Under the pieces are notes generated by a model. The model saw only the letters and a list, made by a program, of their open reading frames with translations. It searched no databases and had not been told where the DNA came from. DNA of 63,640 bases, the filler included, from Rhabdomonas costata (taxonomy: Eukaryota): the NCBI GenBank assembly GCA_019059605.1. It is 32 parts of 32 records of this genome, joined end to end, with 100 filler letters (N's around TTAATTAATTAA, not from the genome) between each part and the next. Parts side by side here need not be neighbours in the genome. Positions count along the whole stretch, not along the records: positions 1 to 1,893 come from JAHMHO010007679.1; positions 1,994 to 3,886 come from JAHMHO010007680.1; positions 3,987 to 5,879 come from JAHMHO010007681.1; positions 5,980 to 7,872 come from JAHMHO010007682.1; positions 7,973 to 9,865 come from JAHMHO010007683.1; 27 more parts are not named here. One strand, given 5' to 3'. This document shows, piece by piece, positions 1 to 9,689 of this stretch (position 1 is the first letter of the stretch; each line of letters begins with the position of its first letter). Both the position numbers and the translations under genes were made by a program.

Positions 1-870
1 GTTGTGTGTGGAGTGCAAGAAGATGCCGCAACGCATTCTTTGCCCTCCACACACACACCTCCACGCAAACGCATACACACGTCCAAGGTGACCGGTGTCA
101 ACGGGTGCGGAAAGGGGCGACATATGTTGTAAATCGTCCTGTACTGCTCGGGCAGACGCCAGGAGATGGTGGTGCAGTAGCGTGGGCATGTGAGCACAGA
201 ACGTGCCTAGATCTTCGCAGACATCATATCGGTAATCTCGTCGCCGCTGCTCTTGTGCTGGTTTGTTGATTTAGTGCGCTATGATATTCACGGTGTAGGC
301 ATTAAGAAGGTAATGCAAAGAGGACTCAAATAGCAAGATGCCTTCCTTCATCTCCACTTTGTCCGTGTTCGTTGTGGAACGGTGAGGGGCATTAAGGTGG
401 TCCGGATGTAGGGCGCACCCAGCTGAGCAACGAGCGTTCGTAGTGGTTCGAAACTTTTGGCCTGTCTCCAGGGCGTGCCTCTACATGAGTGTGAGAAAGC
501 AAGATTTAAACGAAAATAGTTCTGAAAACACCGCGTGGGCCGTGTTCCGTGTTTCTTTTCGGAGCGGTAAAGCGTTTTTTCTCTTCCCACGTCGTTTTTT
601 GTTCCCCCTCGATATTATTTGCCTGTATCTTTGCTCTGCCATCGGAAAAAAAAATTGCCAGAGTAAGAACGAAAAAATCCTGAACTTCGCGGAGTAAAAC
701 CCTGAAGAATCGTGCAAAATTGTCAAAATAGAAAGCGCAAAAAGAAACAACCCTGCTCCATGAATTTCGAGAAAAGCCTTAGTGGGAGTCCAGAGCTATT
801 TTAGGATGCGGTTTTCTGGAGCCGGGTCGCTGGAGTCGTATTTTGTGGTGGTTCTTGCCCTTCTCAGAGG

Positions 871-891
871 CGTACTTGCTTTTTCGTCAAG
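871..891 (+). promoter_or_regulatory. Possible spliced-leader trans-splice acceptor upstream of the deaminase
   Basis: Pyrimidine tract plus AG (cgtacttgctttttcgtcaAG) 56 nt upstream of the ATG. Inference that assumes a euglenozoan host. Confidence 0.3.
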
Positions 892-947
892 CCGGTGCGA
901 GGCCAATTTCACAAAGCAACCAAAAAGTAAAGAGGAGCACATCCATA

Positions 948-1616
948 ATGGCCGCCCCGTGGTACAAAGACCCCAAGGCTCTGGTGGAGGCCAGCCTGCG
1001 CACCATCGAGCACGAGATTGTGCCGTTGACTGCGAAGGGGGTGTCCTCGGGCAGCAAGCTGTTTGGAGCCGCGATCATGTCCAGTGCGGCGCCGAAGGCG
1101 CTGACCGTGGCGACGAACAACGAGCGGGTGTCCCCTCTGTTCCACGCCGAGGTCCATTGCATCCACAAGTTCGCCACGGAAGACTTCCCCGACCCTGCCA
1201 CCCGCCCCGACGCTCGCAAGGACTGCATCTTCCTAGCCACCCACGAGCCCTGCTCACTTTGCCTCAGCGCGATCACGTGGTCGGGGTTCGGGGAGTTCTA
1301 CTACCTGTTCACGTACGAGGACAGCCGGGACAAGTTTGGGATCCCATACGACATCGACATTCTGGAGCAGGTGTTCCGAGTTCGAGCCGAGGGCGAGACG
1401 GAGGCCCAGCTGACCGCACGCCAGCTGTACAACCGCAAGAACAAGTTCTTCACCGCGCGCAGCCTGAACGATGTGGTGGGGGACATCAAGGACCCTGCGG
1501 AGCGGGCCCGGCTGGCCGCGGAGATTGACCGGGTGAAGGCCATCTACAACGGCCTCAGCGCCACCTACCAGGAGGGCAAGAAGGCCAACGCGGTGAGCTC
1601 TAGTGTGTGGAAGTAA
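948..1616 (+). CDS. Zinc-dependent cytidine/deoxycytidylate deaminase-family protein (nucleoside/guanine deaminase-like); complete and intronless, 222 aa
   Basis: ATG at 948 (MAAPWYKDP...) to TAA at 1616. Zn motifs FHAEVHC (HxE) and HEPCSLC (PCxxC); N-terminal FGAAI motif; strong GC3 bias. Confidence 0.92.
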   Translation: MAAPWYKDPKALVEASLRTIEHEIVPLTAKGVSSGSKLFGAAIMSSAAPKALTVATNNERVSPLFHAEVHCIHKFATEDFPDPATRPDARKDCIFLATHEPCSLCLSAITWSGFGEFYYLFTYEDSRDKFGIPYDIDILEQVFRVRAEGETEAQLTARQLYNRKNKFFTARSLNDVVGDIKDPAERARLAAEIDRVKAIYNGLSATYQEGKKANAVSSSVWK

Positions 1617-1893
1617 GGAAGCCCGGGTCACCTCGGAAGCAAAGAGGAGTTGGGTTTGGTGTGGTGAGGGGAGCCGTAGGCACGCGGTAGGCACTCTATG
1701 GTCCGAAAGAACAGTGACTTCCTCCTAGGTAAAGGTTTTGATGGGGAAAGTGAGGAAAGTTATGTCCGTTCAACGTTGAGAAGAATTCATTACCGGCGGT
1801 GGCTGCGTCGATTACGTGAACCACACGTGAAGCACGTATACCGGCATACGGATCACAACACCTTTTAACGCACCATCACCACCACAAAAAAAC

Positions 1894-1993
1894 NNNNNNN
1901 NNNNNNNNNNNNNNNNNNNNNNNNNNNNNNNNNNNNNTTAATTAATTAANNNNNNNNNNNNNNNNNNNNNNNNNNNNNNNNNNNNNNNNNNNN
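1894..1993. other. Artificial contig linker N44-TTAATTAATTAA-N44 (first of 31, recurring about every 1.99 kb)
   Basis: The identical six-frame-stop 12-mer flanked by N runs occurs at every junction, and contigs are all about 1886-1901 nt. Confidence 0.99.
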
Positions 1994-3600
1994 GTGTGGG
2001 GTGTAGCTTAGCTGATTTCCCTTTCGGTTGTGGGGCAGCTTATTGCTTGATAATGTTTTTTTGGAATACAAGAAATAGAAATGGTGAAAACTAACATCGC
2101 TTAAAGATAGTAAACAAATGTCAAGACATTGGTTCTCAATAATCTTCAACTGCAACCTCACTGGGGTAATTACTTAGGGAATACAAAGTAACGTGACGTG
2201 AGAAAAACTCATTCTTGGATGGCGCAAGAAGAAAGTTGTAAAGCCATTGCGGTTGATTTCAACCAAGACGCTAGGTTTGTTTCACTTTGTACTGCATAGC
2301 TGTCTCAGACTACAAGGTCAAGATCGTGCTTCTGATCAAGAAATAGATCTGAGGACCACAAGAAAATTTAAAGGAATGCCACATTCTATTTAATTGTCGT
2401 ATGTTTTCAAAACGCATCAAAAATGGGTGGCAAGGCATTTTTCGAGCACTTCTGTGTGTGCGTGAACCAGGCGTTTCCGTTTCGACCCATCCACTCGGCA
2501 TTCTTAATAGGGCCGAAAGCCGAGCGTAGGGCAGTTAATAATTGTCTTGCTGCATCTCGGCAATCATCAAGATCATTGAAGGTGTCGGCTGTTGGCTCGG
2601 GACCTAACTTGCTCAGCATCTCCACGCCGGGTTTTTGTAACTGTAGGCAAGCCTAAATCGATGAAGAGCCATGTTGAGCCGTTGATCCATTATTTGTTAT
2701 CATCGTTGGGGAACTTACCAACTCAGTCATCCCCAAATTTCATTCTCCCTTTTCAGCTGCCTTGCAGTTGCAACGAACGATGGCTTCAAGATTGTTTGTT
2801 GTGATCCGTTTCGGATTTGCTTTCATTCAAGTGTGCCAGTCAAGGTTGGTTTTTGGGACACTTTTGAGCGTCTTGCTGTTTCTGCCATTTCCATTGCCTT
2901 TCTTTGCAGCCAGCGGTGGTGTCCGCCTTGTAAGAATGCTATTTCAAACGTCGCTAGTTGCCACCGTTGGTGCAGGTCTTCAATTGACTCAGTCTCCGAG
3001 GTATCAGTGAAGGAAAACAGAATGAGTGAAAAATGTCGGGAACTGTGCAGTTTTGATGCTCAGACGTCGGGGTCGCTTGACAGGTCAGTTTTCTTGCACA
3101 ATCTTTCTGAAAGTGTACACGTTCCTGCACTTGAATTCAAGGACACCGTGCTCAACGTGAGAATGAACTGCGGCTGGTATTTGCTTTATTTTGTGTTTGT
3201 CTTTGTTGCTTCGGTTTGTGCCTTTTCTGTTCTTCCGTTCTAAACTCGACACTTGACTCATTTTACCGCTGCCAAGATTTTAATGCTTTTCCTGCTCGTT
3301 TTTCTTTCCTGCAAACGTGCACAAGCTGGTGCTTTCGCGTTTCTCCGCACCTTGGGTTGATGTCTTTTTGTTCGATTTGGGGACACTTGCCCCTTGTTCC
3401 TGTTGTCTTGCCAGCGAAATTTGTACTTGACTGTTAGAGTATGTGTCGAACGTTTCCTGAGTTTTGGATAGAACAGAATTGATTGGAATTGTCAGGATTG
3501 TTGACTTGCGTTTGTTTGTGATTTGGAGTAGAGTCTCTGCCGAAGTCTCGTTTCTTTCTCAACCTTCTCAAGCTGCTGCCTTGTTGGTGCCTTGTTTAGG
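1994..3600 (-). mobile_element. Heavily degraded non-LTR (LINE-like) retroelement remnant
   Basis: A-rich minus strand with broken frames. Around 2410-2290 it reads ENIRQLN...QKHDLDLVV/SET, resembling the N-terminal APE endonuclease motifs (NxRGL, DxxxLxET). Confidence 0.3.
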
Positions 3601-4882
3601 ATTGTAATTGCTCTGGAGACAGAGATTTTGGCTTACCTCCTTGAGACCATGAAGTGCTTCGCTCCCATCCCCTCAAACCGCAATCCCAAGGGTCTGTGCG
3701 TGTGCCCTTTCTTAGGACGAGGCCTTGGTTAGCGAAAGCGTTCTGTTCTGGACACTGGGTGGGTCTGGTCTGGTCTGTGTGCGGTTATCAGTAAACCTTC
3801 ATTTTGAGCTCAAGGATGGATAGAAAATGCTACCGAGAGAGTGTCCTGAAGTGAGGAATTCCTCACCACAAAGAGCTGGCTAACAANNNNNNNNNNNNNN
3901 NNNNNNNNNNNNNNNNNNNNNNNNNNNNNNTTAATTAATTAANNNNNNNNNNNNNNNNNNNNNNNNNNNNNNNNNNNNNNNNNNNNTGTGGTGGGGTGTT
4001 TGGGGGTGGCAACGTGAGGCAATGGAGACATGGATTTTTTATTTGGGGGACAGAGAGGGCTGAAAGTGTGGTCCCAGCATTGGGCTTGAACTGGGCTTGA
4101 ACGTACGCAGTAGCGTGAGCTTGCGGTGTTAATGAATGGGTTTTTCAAGACAGTAAGGAAGACGAACCTACAAGCTTTTCGTCGATTGGGAGTTCTCCAG
4201 TGGGCTTGCAGAATAGAGAGAACTGCTCTCTCACCCATTGCGTACCAGATCATGGATATAATGCTTACCAAAATCGGCTGGGCTCAAGTTGTACATCGGA
4301 TCAATCCGCAATTCTACCAGTTAAGTAAGTTACGCGCACCTACAGGCAGTTTGCCAGGAGGCACCTTCAGGCTTCCTAAATGAAAACGCATTCACCGCAT
4401 GTCCCATCTCACTCAAATGAGGACAAAAACAACCTGCAAGGTCTGGTACATCACGGTGGTGGAGTCTTCTTTGGCTCTTCTGAGAAGGACGTACATAATG
4501 CGAAAAAGAAAAACTGTTCGTGATTGTTGAGCTTCAGCACAATTCTTATGAAGAACGCATTGCTGCAAAGCTTTCCACAGAGAAAGGCAGGAAAGACACA
4601 GATCACTTCGTAAAATAGCGTACTTACAAACAGCAACTCAAGATACACACAAATCCAGCACAGAGAAACATTGAGGAATATTGACACAGCTTTTCTGAGC
4701 TTCGACTCCACAAAGAACGACTAAGCCCACCCAAAAACCACGCACAATTACAAAGAGCGTGACTGCCTTCACCAAATGATGACGGAGGCAAAAGAAAAAG
4801 ACCAAAAAAAAAGGAAGGGCGTGGACAATGCGGTGAATCCGAGTGTGGTTCAAAGACAAAGAACGCGCAAGCGCAGAGGAAC

Positions 4883-5827
4883 CGCTCAAACTGGTAGGGC
4901 ATCACCACCAGGTTGGGGGCGAGCTTGCACGCGGTCTGCAGGAACATTCCCGCTCGGACGCCAAGCTCTCGGGCAGGGTAATTGCAGGACGACACCTCAC
5001 TGCTTTTCTGCAACGAAGAAAAACATTGGTTCCGACTGCGTTAGTAACAATGGGGGTAACAATGCTGCTCCAGCACCGCTCGAAAAGGAAAGACTCGCCA
5101 TTGGGTTGTCCTGAGCCGTGTCGAAGCAAATAATGAGCATTTCTAGGTTCTAGGTGAACAATACCGAGGATGTACTGCCGTGGGCCACCGCCACTGGCTT
5201 TCCTCGAAGATGAGGGTTGTCCAGCATGGCCACGCTGGCAAAGAAGCAGTCCATGTCCACGTGAACATAGCATCGGCGAGAAGTAGGCCCTGAGGGGTAT
5301 CTTGGAGGTCCCAACAAGGGAACCTGTAGGGGGTGAGAGGGGACAGGTAGGAAATGCCATTCAAGGCGAGCACCCATGGCATAGCATAGATGCATGCCCC
5401 AAAGAGGAAAAAAGAACTGCTCGTCAGGAATCCGCAATTCAAACCGTCAAAAACTTTTCAGTGGATCCACCATACATAACAAGCAGCGTGAAGGCTGAGT
5501 CTGGACCGTCCAACGTGAAGAGAGTCCAGAAGAGCACATCACCAGACAACTTGACATCGATTCGCACACCCCGCTTTCTACATACTGTTGCTATTGTAGC
5601 CATTGAGGCTGCCACATCGACTCCTGACTCGATGACACGTAATGAGAATTACTGGGAATAGAGCCAGGCGAAGCGCTGTGCACAACCGCTCCCATTTGGT
5701 TAGCTTTCTCGCTGAGGGCCTTCCGCAGGGTGCTAATATAGTGCAGCCTTGAGTGCCGGTAGAACTCCTGCAGGCTGCGGTTGGCGTACTTCGAAACGCT
5801 GTGGATAAAATCCAAGCTCCCATTCAA
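4883..5827 (-). CDS. REV1: Y-family translesion polymerase REV1, three internal exons (about 5827-5639, 5323-5165, 5007-4883)
   Basis: [13 protein letters not shown] (REV1-specific SRLH motif), [11 protein letters not shown]...[10 protein letters not shown], and [19 protein letters not shown]. The exon 2/3 GT-AG junction is in frame. Confidence 0.88.
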
Positions 5828-6429
5828 ACCCTTGAACTTTTACAGCATAGGTTTTGATCGCGTACATCCCACAAAAAACNNNNNNNNNNNNNNNNNNNNN
5901 NNNNNNNNNNNNNNNNNNNNNNNTTAATTAATTAANNNNNNNNNNNNNNNNNNNNNNNNNNNNNNNNNNNNNNNNNNNNACCACCCGTGCCAAATCAGAA
6001 GGTGCTTGAGCCACATCTCTGGCCTAAGGACTGGTTGCAGGCTCCCCGCTACTACCGCCTCCATCGGGATCTCCTCAGAAGCAAATGTGGCGCCTGCCCG
6101 CAGCTGCCGCACATACACACTGAAGAGCTGAGAGAGGGTCTCCAGCGGGGTGGATGGCTCACACACTGCACTTCCGGAACTTGAGTTGGCCAGTGTATGG
6201 CTAGGGCTGAGCTCGCCGTGTAGCGCACTGGTCTTCCGCCCAGCGAAGCTGTACATCCACTCCTAACCAAATGGAAGCGGGGTGAACAGTAGAGGTACGG
6301 ATAACTGCCAGACAATGCGATACGTGCTCAGGCATTTTCTGTGGTAATGGCCAAGGCAGCAGACAAGTAGAAAGTAGCACCTGGTCTTTCACAGAGTTGG
6401 GGCTCGAGTCGTGTGGGAGACCGGAAGCA

Positions 6430-7200
6430 TCATTGTGGAGGCGAACCGCAGCCTTGCCGCAGGGAGGCATTGAATCTGACAGTCGACCTGTTGAAGAGTG
6501 TATCAAAACGAATCAGGGGTCTAAAGAAAAACAAAGTGCGCACTTGGCTTTTAGCTGCCGCAAGGACCTCACCGGGGACAGATAGAGCTGCGCTTTCAAA
6601 TGACCCCAGAGGAAGAAGTCCAGGACTGAGAGGTCAGTGGAACGTGTTGGCCGAGCTGCGGAACCACATTTGCAAATGACATTGCCAGGAAGAAGGCCCG
6701 GCAGCTTCTGTAGCACAGCATGTGCTGTGTGTGCAGTCGCCCCGTCCTGCGGCCACCAGACTTTTTGCCGGCGAAGGAGCAGGCGGCGCAGCTCTGGAAG
6801 AACAAAGTCGCCCAGCATGGAAGAGTACCGAGCAGCAATCGGATTCGCACTATGGCGGCCGTCTTCAAAGTTGGCTTTGTCCCCGCGCTTGTGGCGTTGC
6901 AGCAGTTGATAGGAGAAAAATCCCCCAGCATCTGCCGCAAGACATCATGCACAGTAGACCCAGTCCATGCTGACAAGCGCCTTCCAGGCAACCGAAGGTT
7001 CCGCTGTATGGCGTTCTTTGATGCTGCCACCGCGGTTTGTGAAACTCTTGGCCGTGAATTGGGCAAAGCCTGCCATGACACGTTCACTCACTCCCCATAG
7101 CCAACCACCAGGGCAAAGAGCACGTTTCGCAGCCACAACGGCGCCTTCTTGGAGGTGAAGCTCAACCGCGTTAACGCGGTCATCGATAATCCGAACAGTG
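6430..7200 (-). mobile_element. Decayed IS630-Tc1-mariner transposase of the DD41D (rosa/Visitor) type
   Basis: WWPQDGATAHTA...RSTDLSVLDFFLWGHLKAQLY, with exactly 41 residues between the 2nd and 3rd catalytic Asp. Stops and frameshifts are present, and the first-D region is not visible. Confidence 0.85.
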
Positions 7201-8123
7201 AGGCCAAGCGGAAAGTTTGTTCAAGAAAGTGAAAATGAGATCAGGATACATTGGTTTGATTTGATCGGAGGGACGTCGAGAACCAAAAAAAAAGGTCAAA
7301 AAGCACCCGGACACCGGGTACAACCTTTGGTGGCGGCCAATTTTTTCAAGGGCTAGGTTTTTTTATCTTGGCGGTAATTAACCAAACCGGACGAAAGTAG
7401 GGAAAGGGAATGACCCCGGCAAGGAACAGCCACCGGCACATCAAAGCGGACAAAACGCACCCGGGGACATAACTATCCCAGGGAAGGCATTCATGGGGCT
7501 AACGACGTTCCATACGGTCCTCTGAAATTTTCCAGTATGTCCTATTTTACATCTCCAAGGCACTACGTCTGCAATGTTTTATCCGGGGCGAAATAAATCA
7601 AGCTTTCGCGATTGTGAAACGGTATGCCACCGCTCCTCCGAAATGTTCCCGCGCTGGCGCTGCAACGGCGTCGGGTTTGCCTACACGAAGGCATTCGCGG
7701 TTACCAGATTATGAGATAGAACATCAAGCAGCCGTCCCTCTGCACCTGAACAATTCAATGGGCAAAGGTCACATCGGCACAAGCCCTGTCCCACCCAAAA
7801 GGTGATCACAGAGAGAAGGCCGGCGCACGCTGGGGTGCCTGGAAACCAGTTCCAGGCACCTGGCATGGAAAANNNNNNNNNNNNNNNNNNNNNNNNNNNN
7901 NNNNNNNNNNNNNNNNTTAATTAATTAANNNNNNNNNNNNNNNNNNNNNNNNNNNNNNNNNNNNNNNNNNNNGGTTTGGGTGGTCTCTTTCCTATTCTGC
8001 CGCAGATTTTGTGGCCAGCTGGGGTGGGGACGTCGTATAACGGACAATTACTCTCTGTCTTTTGCAAAAGCGCAGTTGAGAGTGGGGGGGGGGGGAGGCT
8101 GGCAAGGAAGGGCAGCAAAGCAC

Positions 8124-8598
8124 GCCTATGATCCCGAGGTTGTTGAGTGTTGCAATGTGTTTTGTTCCCCAGCTCTGCTCAACATCATCTTGAATGGCGA
8201 CGATGCCCGCATACAACTGCGTCGAGGAGAATACCCATGCGGTCGCAGCCATCCCTATCGTGGTCCACGCCACCCCATCCCCGTCCGTGGCGAAGGACGC
8301 CACGGCGGTTTGTAGGTCGGCCAAGACCTCCAGCTTGAGCCACACCGGCAGGCTCACCTCGACAAAGGTTACAGTGCAGTACGTAGGAGACCCGGGACGA
8401 TACCAAGGGAAACAATGGGTAAATCCCACCGTACTCGCGTTTGCTGTTAGGCTCACCGTTGCATTCCCAAAGTTCAGGGAATTGACAGTGACGAAAGGTC
8501 CAGCAGACACCATCCCGACGATGCCCGTCACTTTTGCCACCACCTGCACGGACCCACGCATGTTGAGGAAGGAGTGGCCGATGAAGCGAAACTGATCA
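8124..8598 (-). CDS. Exon of an uncharacterised beta-rich, probably extracellular protein
   Basis: About 158 open codons bounded by a T-rich acceptor (tttttttatcAG) and a GTGCTT donor. No family recognised. Confidence 0.5.
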
Positions 8599-8764
8599 CT
8601 GATAAAAAAAAACAGTAGGGTTGGCTCCACTGCAGCACGTCAACACCTGTCGAAATCGACCACTCACAGTGTGCTGGTTTGGGACAAGTGGGTATGGGGG
8701 GGGGGGGTCGATTCGTCGGTAGCTTGCTTCCCGTCTCTCAATCCTGGTCTTGTGCTGAAGCGCG

Positions 8765-8788
8765 TAACCCTAACCGTAACCCTAACCC
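8765..8788. repeat. Short interstitial telomere-like repeat (TAACCC)n
   Basis: taaccc-taaccg-taaccc-taaccc. Confidence 0.6.
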
Positions 8789-9451
8789 CTCTTCCAGAAA
8801 AACCAATGCCACGATGCTGGATGCCTAATTGACATCCTTCCCGCAGAACTTCCTCTGTTCAAGTTTCACTTTTCTGAAGACAGTCGAAACCATCATTGTG
8901 GACGTCCAAACGGTCCGGCACATCCCAATGACTGCCTCCTGGAGTCCTGCAGAAGACTAACTGGCACTGCTGAGCACTGGCTTCATGACGCACCGCAACA
9001 GCAGGTGGGGATACAGTCATCCATGACCCCCCAGACCTCGTATCATATTCAGTGGAGCATCCAGGCGCCAACATTGATGCCCCTTTCTCTTTGCTCGACG
9101 GCATGGAAGCCATTCAAATGACATCAACTCCAACCCGTTTGTCTCCCTCTCAGCGGCTCCCAGCCCCGTCCCCCTCCAATTGCTTCGCTTTGTTCCGCTC
9201 CGGCTGCTGCAACCACGGATGCTGCCCCGTACCACGGTCATCTCAGGCTGACCTCCCTGTCAAGCGCGTACACAAGCACCTTCTTAAGTCTTGAAAACTG
9301 GCGTCCCAGCAGACGTCCTCCCCGGTCCCACAGTCTTCGAGATCGTTTAGAAGCACCTTGAATCCAGCCATCCAGGACCGCCAGACCACCTGTCACATTC
9401 AGTAAAGACAAGTTGTTGTGGAGGGGTACACCCATCTGCGCTACCGTGCAG

Positions 9452-9689
9452 ATGGCCCGCGGGGTTCTTGCCCGCGGTGGACCGCGAGCAGCACCCCGTG
9501 TACATGGAGCGCCCTGATGGTGGGCACATCAAGGAGCTGCTCTACGAGTTCGGGGTGGACGCGCTGTTCCGGTGGCACATCTACTGCGTGGAGAGGCAGC
9601 GGCAGGCCATGCGCCTGGGCGCTTCCGACCGCATCTCTGTCATCGTGGATGCAGGACAACTTACTATGGGCCTGCTTACGAACACTCAG
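9452..9689 (+). CDS. SEC14/CRAL-TRIO lipid-binding domain, internal exon
   Basis: WPAGFLPAVDREQHPVYMERP...ISVIVDAGQL matches the CRAL-TRIO pattern G-x-D-x-x-G-x-PVY-x-ER; AG/GT boundaries. Confidence 0.75.

Noticed and set aside
782-1528. 248-aa ORF overlapping the deaminase
   Set aside because: It is an alternative-frame shadow of a GC-rich CDS and has no motifs.
4550-4650. VSTLFYEVI as the next REV1 exon
   Set aside because: No acceptor gives correct phase and spacing relative to the REV1 consensus; probably coincidence.
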